Source of the DNA: Takakia lepidozioides
Lineage: Eukaryota; Plantae; Bryophyta
Direction of reading: 5' to 3'
Length of the DNA stretch: 63,507 bases
NCBI GenBank assembly: GCA_030704615.1
Contig: CM060732.1
Location: 62,494-126,000, forward strand
The position numbers and the translations under genes are program-made. Numbering within the stretch: position 1 is the first letter of the stretch; every line of letters begins with the position of its first letter. Below, piece after piece: positions 24,371-36,125 of this stretch. Under the pieces are notes generated by a model. It was not told the DNA's origin and made no database searches. It worked only from the letters and a program-made list of their open reading frames with translations.

Positions 24371-24374
24371 GGTC

Positions 24375-25307
24375 AGCCAGGGTATTCTAATTTTGCACAG
24401 ACTTACGGATGGTAGACTCAGACCAACACATGCCTTAGGGGTGACAGACACAGGCCTTAGGGGTGGTAGACAGGCTTACACAGTCAGTCACAGCCTTACA
24501 CAGTTAGACATAGCTTGACACAGCCTGACACAGCCTGACACAGTCAGTCACAGCCTTACACAGTCAGACACAACCTGCCACAGTCAGACACAGCCTAACA
24601 CAGTCTGACACAACCTGCCACAGTTAGACACAGCCTAACATAGTCTGACACAGCCTGACACAGCCTGACACAACCCAACACAGTCACAGCCCGACATAGC
24701 TTGGCACAGCCCATCACAGCGTTCACAGGGAACGGTTATCATTGGCAGAGAATGACTGTGTGGGAACGACATCTGTAGAGGGAACATGCATTCTGTCTTG
24801 GATGGCAGTTAGTTAGTTAGGCGGTTAGAACAGCTTGCAGGTATAATAGGCAGAGTAGCGACATGGAGGGGGGACTTTTGAGACCACTTCTTGGACATCA
24901 CTTGAGGAGATCAGGTGGAGAGCATGATCTTGGAGCACAGGGATGGAGATTACATAGAGGAAGAGATACGACGAGATGATGCTTGATTCATGCAAGTTGT
25001 AGAGATGCACTGTAGAGCAGATTAGAGACACCATGGCTTCAGCCTGATACATGATAGATATTACTATGATTCATATTCCATATTCACACCGTATAGAGAG
25101 ATATGAATGAAGCTGTGGAATGAATGCTTGAGTAGATGAATTTGATATTTAATCATAGACAGTAAGGTAACTCGTTAATATGAATGCGAGAAGGAATACA
25201 AATAGGAAGCACCCCTATGATACACTAGTTGTAGGTCAAGACTGATTGTTCTGAGTGGGCTGAGTGCTTAGAGATTTCCAACTCTTCTATCTTGGAGTTT
25301 CCACCTG
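24375..25307 (+). mobile_element. Diverged LTR, truncated at both ends, related to the 1343-14649 element
   Basis: Colinear similarity: TAATTTTGCACAGACT, CCTTAGGGGTGACAG, CACAGCC/CACAGTC array at 24480-24725, AGAGACAC..TGGCTTC.GCCTGATAC and CTTAGAGATTTCCAACTCTTCTATCTTGGAGTTTCC. Confidence 0.88.
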
Positions 25308-25839
25308 TGGTGGCGGGTAGCATTCATATGGGTGAACAACCATTGGATATGCTGTATCTGTTCAAATTGTAATTGCTGGAGAGATCAAATTTTGGGAGAT
25401 AAACAGAAAGCGGAGATGGGAGACTGTTTCATCTACAAGAGGAGCATATAGTTGAGGCAGAATGTAATACTCCATGATGTCGACCAAGAAACAACCATGA
25501 CCAATTGGGCCAGTTGCTCTCTTGCCATACCATTTGGGCTCAGTTGTGGGTTGATGTATCTCGAGGCAACTTAGAGGTAGTTGTCAGAACAACTGCAAGA
25601 GACTCTTGAACCATTTCTTGCTAATAATACCACAACTATAACTGTTGCTTTTACTCACAAAATGCTGGGAGCCTGCTGGTGTTGGTGCTTGTGCTGGTCT
25701 TGCTGTTCCTGGTCCTGCTGGTCCTCGTCCTTCTGCTATCTCCCTACGCCTCTCCTGATACTCGAACGATTAGCACTCTGCCAAAATATCCATTATGCAA
25801 CAGCCCAGCCGATACCTAGGATTTAAAAAAAAAAAAACA

Positions 25840-26740
25840 AACGGGACAGCCAGCGCTGACGGTCCCGGCCAATTTATTGTACGGTTTAATAAAACAGTTT
25901 ATTTAACCAAAAAAACTAAAAAAATTTAAAACATAAACAAAAAAAACAAATTACCTGGGGACCGCGAGGGCTAGAGGTCCCATTCATCATATTAAAAGTA
26001 TATCGGGACCGGTCGTTAATGACAATGCGGGCGGACATTTTGCCGCTCGCCCCTTCTACCGAACGGCATTCTCCCAGCGGTCACCCCTCCAAACCAAATG
26101 AGAGGCTAAATAAATAAACACATGGCGTATCAAGTGGGACCGCTGAAGCCGTTGCCCACTCTAAGTATAACGGTGGGTGTCAGCGCCCGCGCAATTGGGT
26201 GCTATAAGGGCGGCAAAAATACAAAACGGGAACGCCACCCGCTGCGGTCCCGACATTTTAAAAAAAAGAAAAAGAAATCCTACAGACGGGACCACAAATG
26301 CAAATTCGGACCGCTGGATATGGAATTTCAGAATTGAGATTTTTGATACGTCTTTCGAAAATTTGCCACGGCCAATGGCGGTCCGGGTGGGACCGCTGCA
26401 GCGGTCACCCACTTCAAATATAACCGTGGGCGACCGCATCAGCGGTCGCGTGATCGGGTGCGAAAAGGGCGGCAAAAAAAAAAACGGGAACGCCGCCCGC
26501 TGCGGTGCCCACATTATTTTTTTGACAAACAGAAACCCTACAGACAGGACCGCAAATGCAAATTCGGACCGCTGGATGTGGAATTTCAGAATTTCGATTT
26601 CAGAAACATCTTTCGGAAATTTGCCACCGCAATGGCGGTCCGGTATTCGGGGGTCCAAAAGGTTATCGTTTATCTTTAAAAGCAAAACGGAATGTGGGCT
26701 GCCCAATGGCGCCCCCCTCGCCCCTTCTACCGAAATAATG
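25840..26740. repeat. Array of GGGACCGC...GCGGTCCC dyads, including a tandem duplication of about 258 bp (about 26130-26640); probably DNA-transposon subterminal DNA
   Basis: CAAATGCAAATTCGGACCGCTGGAT..GGAATTTCAGAATT occurs near 26295 and 26553; multiple dyad motifs. Confidence 0.7.
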
Positions 26741-27835
26741 TGCAACCGCCATATGGTAAAGCGTGCTAATATTGCTCATTTTCAGCATCCAGCTGTCACA
26801 TCTTGCTTAACCTAGTGGATTTCAAATTTCTTTTTATATGCGTCCTCTTTTTTACACTTGGCAACCCATAAACATTTTTCATTATGTGAAATCTATAGAT
26901 TTGAGAATAACCCATCAGATTTCATTTTCTTCAGTTTATTATCATTGATCACGGAGTGAGACACAAGGCTACAGCCATCAACATCTAAAGAGTACATCTT
27001 ATCTTTTCAACAAGAGTTTTACACAATATTGTCAAGTGTTTGGAGGTAAAATTACTTTCGATAAAAGTATGTTCCATCATTTGTGGCATGATATGCCCAA
27101 GCCACCAAGATGTAGCCAGGAAGAGATTGGGAATTGGCACTGCCAGTAGAACAAAAAAATGGAGGGCAGAATCACCGTAATCTTTAACTGTTTGGTAGCA
27201 AGCCTGTGCATGCAGCAATAACAATATTTGCAGATCATTTACTCCAACAATTTTAATCTCCCACAACAATGTAGTCTATGAAGGACATATTCTCCAACCG
27301 TCCCAATGTTTCCAGCATAGATTGGGCCACTCATGACTATGACATGTTGGCCCTGCCCCCTCCATAGCGCACCCAAACTCAACCAGTGTTCAAGTGAGTA
27401 GTATGATGATGTAGGCGCAGCCCTGTCAAGGAAACTGCAAGCTCCCTACTCAGTAAGAATTTCTTGGGGTTGAAGACACTCAGTAATGAATTTATTGGCG
27501 CTGAAGACACTCCACTCTGAAGATGAAAGTGGTCATGTAGTGGCAATGTCAACGAGTGCTGCTTCCAGAAAATGGCACCGAGTGTTCTGGTACAACTCTA
27601 CTGTTGAAGTGTTTCCAAGAACATGCATGAGTCTACAAAAAGAGTCTGGGTGTGCTGAGCCTATTAGCTTTCCCCCCTCTCCTCCATCACTATGTCTTAC
27701 CGAATGTGACATCACATTTCCTTGAGCATTCTCAACGTGTTAGATACAAGGAGCAGGATCACTCCAACCTCCCAACTGGATTCCATCATAAAATGTACAT
27801 GACCCACGTGAATGGCTCCAGGGTGTAAGCTTACA

Positions 27836-29376
27836 CATAGATGAAAGACAACTTGGCTATTGTGGCCGTGACTCATTCTTCATCTTCATCTTCATCTTCA
27901 TGACGAACAGAGCATGTGCCAACGCTGCATTGTTCATCTTCATCATGAACATTGCAGCGTTGGCACATGCTCTGTTCGTCACCTTCCTCTCTAGGAAAGC
28001 AAACAATAGCAAGACTCCAATGCAATCTGCACTCAGAAATCAGAACCCTCTATCTATTGAGGGCGCTGACTGCGCACTGTAAGCCTTTCCACGCGTGCCT
28101 GGGGGAACAGTCGGCCCCCACAGAACAAACACCCAGCGGTGTCAATGCACCCAGCAGAAAACCAAGCTTGTGCAACACTTGACAAGTGCAGAATAGGCCC
28201 TGCAAATTAACAGTTCAGACATTATTGGAAAATGCCAACACTTACTTCTATCTTTTCAAATCCCGGACAACTTTGGCAAACAACAATCCAAAGCAGAAAC
28301 CACAATAACTTCTGTCTTATCTATCCATCATAGATACGTATCTCATAATAGGCAGATGCATCTCCCTCCACTTTAAAATGCTACTTCTGAAGAAAATCAT
28401 CTGTAGAGACATTATATATACTATATATTATACAAATAGGCTTCCAGCAACAAATAAATAGCAAGAACAGCGTGTTACTAACTTGTCATGAATTGGGACG
28501 AATAGATAGTCCTTCTCAAATATGTTGGACCCTTTTGTCCACTTCCTCAACTTCAAAAAGCCACCACCACCCTTCTTTTTCAGGTCAGGACAAAATCACA
28601 TAAGAACTTCTTGTGACTAAGCATATCACTCTGTCACATCATATCAACCACTACAAACACTCATCTATATCCAGTGACATAACTTTCACAGCTTATCCTG
28701 ATACAAGTTCTCCATCAAAGCCATTATACTTTGACAAAAAGTTGAACCACAAATCACCTGCTCGTTGCTGAGCGGCAACAATGTCGACAAGCAAAATATA
28801 TACCTAGATGTCAATCAGCTGGTTACTGACCTCTACACAAAAACCTCAAATCCTCTACGTTTCAAAGCCCAAAATAAACCATGTGCATGAGTTGAAACAA
28901 GATTAAGAAATGTTTGAATAAGCACAAGGCGCTGCCCAGCTACTACTTCACTCAGTTTCTTGTAGAAGTTGTTGAAGAAATGGAATCGTTTTTTCTGTCC
29001 CAAACCACGGGCTTCTGGTCTCTGAATGTACCTACGACAGTCAGGTTATATACACATTAGTTAATGAAATCTGAAAGAAAATCTCCCATTGAACCTCAAA
29101 GCAACACTTTCCATTCTTTAAACAAAAGTGCCAATGGTTACCATCTACCACCATGATGGGTTACAGAAATATCAACCTCCACATGACCATCCACTCATCT
29201 CGAACTTTCAGTCCTGAAGACAATTTGTTTGCCGGAGTAAGCAAAAAGTTGATACCAGCTGTTGAACTTTGGCCCACAGAATGGCTACCGTACTTGATGT
29301 AGAAGTCACTCATTGAAGCATTCAAATACTCCATTGTAGGTCCGAGTAGAGAACTTCAACTACCTCCGGATCATCC
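27836..29376 (-). pseudogene. Host-type ULP1/OTS-like SUMO protease (Peptidase C48) pseudogene; exons at about 29294-29376, 28926-29031, 28483-28580 and 27836-28026
   Basis: Spliced translation: DDPEVVEVLYSDLQ..EYLNASMSDFYIK|YIQRPE..RFHFFNNFYKKL|FLKLRKWTKGSNIFEKDYLFVPIHDK|LHWSLAIVCFP. Frameshift in the first exon, one mutated acceptor, and no catalytic-Cys exon found. Confidence 0.88.
27901..27981. repeat. Near-perfect hairpin (37-bp arms, 1 mismatch, 7-nt loop) with adjacent (CTTCAT)n inside the ULP1 exon
   Basis: TGACGAACAGAGCATGTGCCAACGCTGCATTGTTCAT / ATGAACATTGCAGCGTTGGCACATGCTCTGTTCGTCA. Confidence 0.95.
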
Positions 29377-30569
29377 CTGCATAGCAAAGATATGGTATTT
29401 CTCAATTCAACCATGAATTGTAGAGTGCAAAGTAAACATGTTGTCCCCTGTCACACAGATTTACTGATTCAATTGTGCCATCCTAGCCTTCACTTGGTCT
29501 GGCAGTGAAAAGCTACCTGGAATGAGCACTTTGCAAATCCCAAGCTCAGCTCAGTCTAAAACAATTGCAATTTGTCCCTGTGCACGGCCATACACTAGCT
29601 TGTCGCCTTCCCTCCTGAAACCAAAAACTACATGGCCACATCTTAGGACCAAAAATGCTACATATCACAAAGAATAATGTGACAGCCTTGTGATAGCAAT
29701 CCATGTATTGGGTGGTATCATAGCTCTGATGCAAGGGTTGCAAACCAGGATACCCCGCTTTAAGTTAGAAAGAGTTCACCACGAATGCCATTCAAGATAG
29801 TTGATGAGGGTGCAGATACATATTGTCAGTAAATCAAGTCTTGGCACCACGTAATCCACCATTACATTCAAGCCTACATAAACTGATTTCTAAGGCACGG
29901 ATGGTTGAAATACAAAATCAGGGCTCAAATGGTAAGTTCAGTTCCAAACGTGAGAGCGACCGTGCTTCGCAGTCCCTCTCTTCCAGGCTGATCCTGACCA
30001 GATGAGTTGAACACTGACAAAGAACCTCATTTTCATTTTTTCCTCCTCCTCATCAGAGGAACCAAGCTCCATAGCTGTGTCCTGGAGAAGCCATATGAGC
30101 TCCATCAGTAACATTACTTGAATCTAGTTGTACTACATGGACCCCAATTTTGGTATGTACTAACCAGTTGGTTCCCTTGAGATAAATTACTACAACAACC
30201 ACCCTTAATAGATGAGCTTCGACTACTATCTTGACGTGCTTACAGTAAGTAGCTACTTTGCACTCTACACAACACTGAAGATGACATCTTGCACAAGAGG
30301 TACCAGAGTCCATACTGGTGTTCCTCCCAATGCATCTGCCTCACGTGTTCTCATTCCAGGGCCTCCTCTTCCCACAGTTTTTCTGGCTGGTGCCTGCAAG
30401 AGAGACAAGCACCATAATTTGTGCATCTGAATGGATCACTGAATCACGAAATGCAATACAGACTTGGCCTACGTCTAAAAACTAAATATTTGCACACATA
30501 AGTTACGCTCCCTTCGGGAGGCGTCATACCTTTTTTTTTCTTTTTTGCACACACGTGCTCGTCATGAGA

Positions 30570-31060
30570 ATATACTAATTGATGATGTCAGCTTTGACCT
30601 CCTTGCCTTTCCTTGGGCTGCCATGCTAGCACATGCCTTGAGAATAGAAATGAATGTGACCCGATTGGGTGTCACCCCTTCCTGTATAATTTGATCATAG
30701 AGCTTGATGCCCTTCCTGCCATTCCCATGCTTGGCATATCGTGCCATCACTATATTCCACGCAAACAAATTCCGTTCAGGCATATTGTCAAACCCTCGGC
30801 GTGCATCCGCCACGCTTCCACACTTGGTATACATGTTGACAAGGGTGTTTAGAGGAAAGAGTTTTGTCTTGAATCCACTTTCGATAATGTGCGAATGAAC
30901 CTGCTTTCCTAGGTCTACATTCTCAATCTAAGTGCACTCTCGCAATAGATAGACATAAGTATTTGAGTCTGCCAAAATGCCTCCTTGGTTCGAAATGTCC
31001 TACACCGCTTTGAGTTGTGCTGGCTTACATAAGATCTTACATAAGTGTGCCAGAGGAGTT
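30570..31060 (-). pseudogene. PLS-class PPR gene fragment
   Basis: DSNTYVYLLREC, GKQVHSHII.SG, LNTLVNMYTKCGSVADARRGFDNMPERNLFAWN, PNRVTFISILKACAS; contains stops. Confidence 0.9.
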
Positions 31061-31659
31061 CTTATTTCCTCCTCCGCTTGGTCCTGCCTCAAAAGCAGTT
31101 GTCATGGTGGGAGGCGATGCGGATTCCGACCACTGTACCTGATTCAACCCTGCTATCCTGCACGACTCAATACCTTCGGTTACACTGAAAAGCCACATAA
31201 ATCTATACCAGAGCTCCTACATACTTCAGAAAAACAGATCTTCGGTAAAATAGGCTCTTCGCTGCACACAGCAGGGTTTCTGACAAATAAGTTGTTTTCG
31301 TCGTGGTTGAGTGCCCATCTCTTTCTCCTCAATGAATACCTATCCATATCACACACTATGAGGTTCATGCTTGCAAAAACATATATGTTGTACCTGCTGC
31401 AATACGGAGACTATCATTTTGTATCAAGTAACCCTTCTGAAACCTGTGTTCAGCACGTCTCAAGGGAGAGAAGCAAATCTCTCTCTCTCTCAGTCAAGAA
31501 CATACAAACTTTGCTCCTTTGGGTTAGGCCTCTTGCACCTCAAATCGGGTCCGCTTGGATCAATCTGCACCCACACTCCTTTCCTCCTTCACCTATCGCT
31601 GCATCCTCAATGGCCCCTTCCACAGAAACCTACTAACCCTATCGCCGCCTCTATACCAA

Positions 31660-32225
31660 AATACAAACGGAACGCGAAGCCGACATTATCAAATAATAAA
31701 ACCAATCTACTCGGGACCGCCACCCGCTGCGGTCCCGTCTCTATTTTTTGAAAAAGCACTACAAACACGAAATACTGCAGCCACAATCCGCATGCCACCT
31801 GCCCGCACTCGAAAACGTTTTTGAAAAAAAAACCCATAAACGCGACCGCCCAATCGTCTCTAGCAAATTATTGTGGTCGCCCATAGCGGCGTTCGCGCAC
31901 TTCAACCACAGGGCGGGCGACCGCCTCGCCGGTCGCCTCGTCGGGTGCGGAGGGCACGCCCGGACACTCGGAACCGCCGACAGCGGCGGTCCCGAGTTCG
32001 TATTTTTAATTGAAAAAGCCCGTTATCTCGGGGCCGCCACAGCGGCGGTCCCCACATTCATTGCAGTAAATGAGTGGGGACTGCCCCTGTGGCGGTCCAC
32101 ACATTGTTTTTTGTAATTGCCCAAACCCGCTATTTCAGGACCGCCACAGTGGCGGTCCCCATATTATATTTTTAATCGGAAAACCCGCTAATTCGGGACC
32201 GCCATAGGGGCGGTCCGGATATAGC
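31660..32225. repeat. Second GGGACCGCC...GGCGGTCCC dyad array, homologous in direct orientation to 26130-26640
   Basis: Shared blocks AAAATACAAA.., CGCCACCCGCTGCGGTCCCG and GGGCGACCGC...CGGTCGC....TCGGGTGCG. Confidence 0.72.
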
Positions 32226-34147
32226 GTGGATCTGCCGCTCGCCAACGGTCCAGATTGACCGGTCGCTCGCGCCATGCCATGTAGTGCGGCGTGGGTGCGC
32301 CACGTGTCCATCATTACCGGGTCCTGCAGCGGGTATATAAGGGCCCAAAGCCCTATGAGGTCTCACTTGACCTCATTCCCGCGCGCGTTGTTATGGGGGC
32401 TTGGAGGCACCGCATTCATTGCCCAGGACCACACACGCACTAGGGGTCGGGTTGTAGGGAGAAGTTTTTGAAATGTTTTTGTGTGATTTACGTGCGTGCA
32501 ATGTCAGAATCCACGTCGAACAAAATGGTCGGAAGCTCCTCTAGAAGTAGGGGCAGGGGCAATAAAAAGAAGCACAGGAGCCAGCGTAATAGCAATCTTC
32601 ACAAAGAAGATTATCCTGGACCGAATGCGTTGAAGTTGGTGAGGGAGGTGGTGCGCGACTACTTCATGAAAACGGACCATGCGCACTTGCACAGTTCGTA
32701 CGTTTTCTACGGCCACGAAGGGTTCCTGAAGTTCTAGAATAATATGGGGAGAATAATGCGGGTGGCTATGGTAGGGGAGGAGTGGGCCGAGGACAGGATG
32801 AAACTGAAATTCAATGAATGGAGAGTCGGGCATAAGATGCGACGCGGAACACGAAGCAACTCGTGGAAACAGTTGTTAAGAGAACAACTACAGGACGACC
32901 ACCATCTTCGGAAACAAATATCCACCCCATCTCTGGTACCCCAGGATACCCCTCGGTACCCTAGGTACCCAGAGGTACCTCATACCCCCGATTACTTGGT
33001 GTCCCCTGGACACCTGTCATATTTATATATGGCCCACCCTCGAAAGGGGGCAATAGCCACAAGGCGAAGTGACTCTTAGTTACGCCGGCCTCGGCCGGCG
33101 TCTTCTTTCTCTCTCTCTTGGTTCATTCCCTAACCAACCTCTCGTGCCACCTCTTACACATGGAGAACTTCCCGAAGCCGGTGCACAAGTTGAGGAACAC
33201 AACACAAAGCAGATGATGATGAGGGCATTCAAGACCCGTTGTATCTTCTTACACAGATACATAATTGTCTCTCAACATTGTTGTAACATGATGTTATTAT
33301 ACTATAATCTTGTGTCGGTGTCATGTTGTAGTATAAACAGTCTTTGGTATATATATTCAACAGCATAACATGCTATTAGACCGTGTGCATGCCGGGGTAT
33401 TCCATGTCCACAATGACCATTTAATATCCTCGTGGAGGAGTTTCATGCATTGATACGTCACTCACAAGTTCGTTGATTTGGCATACTGTATGGAAGCAGG
33501 AAGCAGCAGCAATCCGGGATATGGCATATGAAGTTGCCAAGGATCATTTTAAAGAGATGGAGCGCCGGTATTTGCTGCATTTGACATTGACAATGGAGTG
33601 TAGAGAGGCATCAATGTTTCAAGGAGGAATCCGAGCTTATTTCGAGCTAGTTGGCGTACAAGCAACAACAGAGAGACAAGTGGCCGCTTCATTTATATTG
33701 GGAGTGATGGTTGAACAATAGTTATGGCTCAAGGATGAGTGCAATATGAGGCTCAATCGTTTTGAACTTCGCATACCATTTATTAATTCTTTATTTGGCA
33801 ATAAAAGTGGACTTTTGGCCATCATTGCCTTGGTGCATGTACGAACGTTGATTGAGCTGTCATTTACCACTACATGTCCGATTCATGTGCCATGTTCATA
33901 TGTCTTGACATTCCCAACCTGACAAGGGCAGCCTAAGGCCCCCCCACACCCATCCCAACCAAAAATCCCTTGGCAACATACTGAATTGGGAGGACTTTCC
34001 AACCTCCAAAATGCTATGCAAATTAAAAGAGCGAGACTCAATGGGAGTGGCCACCACCCGCATGACCATCTTTCATGCACTGTGGATATAAGCTCACAAT
34101 GACAAAGAATACCTCTACTTGTGTTTGAAACATGGAGTTGACTTTCA

Positions 34148-34392
34148 GGTGATACCTCTGTAACGATGTAGGGTACGACTGACAGACCTCCGTTGCTATA
34201 TGAGACAGAGATTACATTGTTGGGTGATACCTCTGTACAGATGTAGGCTTTGACGGGCATACTATACATCTATTCGTGTATGCAACATGGATTATATTTT
34301 AAGGTGATACCTCTATCACGATATAGGTTGCGAGTGGCAGACTATACCTCTATAGGTATACGAATGTAGATTTTAGGGTACCACCTCTGCAA
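34148..34392 (+). repeat. Degenerate tandem repeats with GGTGATACCTCT / GACTATACCTCT cores; a second cluster lies at about 37935-38170
   Basis: The motif recurs several times in both clusters. Confidence 0.6.
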
Positions 34393-34921
34393 AGACAGTC
34401 GCAGTGAATGGCAGACTACACGTCAGCCTCATATCCTGTTCCTACTTCACCTTCGCCCGTCTTTCGTGTGTATCGTTCCACGACAACTTTCCTTATGTTA
34501 CATGTATGTGGAAAATGGACGTGGACGATACAAACGCACCTAGCATGTTGCGATGAGTATGCTTGTCAACGAATTATGTTATAGCTATGCAGGCCCGGGA
34601 ACGTGCCAACATAGAAGAGTCACGTCTACAGGCCTACTCGCATAAATATAACGTAATTCGTTCAGAGGCAAATTAATCACGAAATGCAAGGTACGTTTCT
34701 CTCGCCACATCCACTTTGATGGCCGATTCGGCGACGAAATAACATCTCATGACAGTTTCTCCTGAGGGTGGATACACCAGTATTCTCGGTGCAGACATGA
34801 ACGTTCGCACTGACAAGTGCTAGGACTGTTAGTTAAAACGGTTAGACAACCAAGTTGTGCTCATTAAGACAGGCCGCAATTGTGTTGTTTCGGAACAATG
34901 CAACCCATTGCACATGGCTGA

Positions 34922-36125
34922 ACGGGAATGTGGTCCCGCATTCCAGTTCGATATCATCTTCTCGGTGATTGTGATCGGAAATGTGGCACCGCATTTTCAT
35001 CGACAGGGAAACCAAACTACTAGTGCAATGGAAATGCGGTAGCACATTTCAGTCCACTGTACAAGCAGACACATGGTAGAACAGAAATGCGGTATCACAT
35101 TTCGGTCGAGTGGGACTACGAAGACACGGTAGAAAAGAATAGCGACAACGCATTTTCATTGACTGGGACACTTTGGATAGGCAGGAACGGAAATGCGGTG
35201 CCGCATTTCCGTCCGGGCTCTTTCAATGGAATCCAGAGGATGGAAATGAGGTTCCGCATTTCCGTCCGGTATGCTACTTTCGATTGTTGTTGGACGAAAA
35301 TGCGGCACCGCATTTCCGTCCGAGGTGAACCTTTCTATTTTCAAAAACGGGAATGTGGCTACTCATTTCCGTCCAACATGCAACGCCTGTAACAGTGGAA
35401 CGGAAATGCGGCATTGCATTTCTGTGCAGGGGAATCCTTTCTACTTTCCAGAATGGAAATGCAGCACCGCATTTCCGTCCGTGGAAACCTTTCTACTTTC
35501 CTGAACGGAAATGCGGCACCGCATTCCCGTCCAACATGTCAGGTATATACGACTCGGACGGCAATGCGGCGCCGCATTTTCATTCTGTTCTAAATCATGA
35601 AACAGTGCAACTGAAATGCGGCACCGCATTTCCGTCCGACTCGTACCTTCCAACATTGCAGAATGGAATGCGGCGCCGCATTTCCGTTTTGCATCTCAGG
35701 CATGCAGCAAAGCGACGAAAATGCGGGCCACATTTCTGTCCGGGGGAAATCTTTATACTCTCCAGAACGGAAATGCGGTGCCGTATTTCCGTTCAACAAG
35801 TAAGGTATGTAACAGTGGAACGGAAATGCGGTACCGCATTTCCGTTGTGATTGAAAATCATGAACCACTACAACTGAAATGCGGCACTGCATTTCCGTCC
35901 GAGTCGTACCTTCGGACTTTCCAGAACGGAAATGCGGCGCCGCATTTCCGTTTTGTATCTCAGGCATGCAGCAGTGGGACGGAAACGCGACACCGCATTT
36001 TCGTCCAACAAGTAAGGTATGTGATACCGCATTTCCGTTTTCACTCTAACTCATCAGACGCTGGGACGGAAATGCCATGATATGTGAACACGTGGACCAA
36101 TGGAATTGCGGCATCGCATTTTGAT
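34922..36125. repeat. About 23 copies of the 22-bp palindrome GGAAATGCGGYRCCGCATTTCC at a period of about 53 bp, with variable spacers of about 31 bp
   Basis: Copies near 34925, 34977, 35030, 35083, 35136, 35189, 35241, 35296, 35349, 35402, 35455, 35507, 35560, 35612, 35665, 35717, 35769, 35822, 35874, 35928 and 35981; same motif as 20110-20603. Confidence 0.92.

Noticed and set aside
24375-25307. This LTR as the LTR of the DNMT-bearing element
   Set aside because: It matches the 1343-14649 family, whose pol has no DNMT and a different protease; adjacency alone is not enough.
27420-27730. DYW domain or final ULP1 exon
   Set aside because: Neither HSE/CxxC/DYW nor QQxNxxDCG motifs were found.
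33868-33876. CACTACATG as the left TIR of the second CACTA
   Set aside because: No matching right TIR or TSD found, and it lies about 1 kb from the palindrome array.
35087-36080. Repetitive ORFs (KCGTAFP / EMRCRIS / GNAAPHF), also 20062-20660
   Set aside because: Translations of the palindromic DNA motif in all frames.
34922-36125. True CRISPR array
   Set aside because: Eukaryotic TE context, no cas genes, degenerate repeats, spacers that recur in related classes, and the same motif at a CACTA end.
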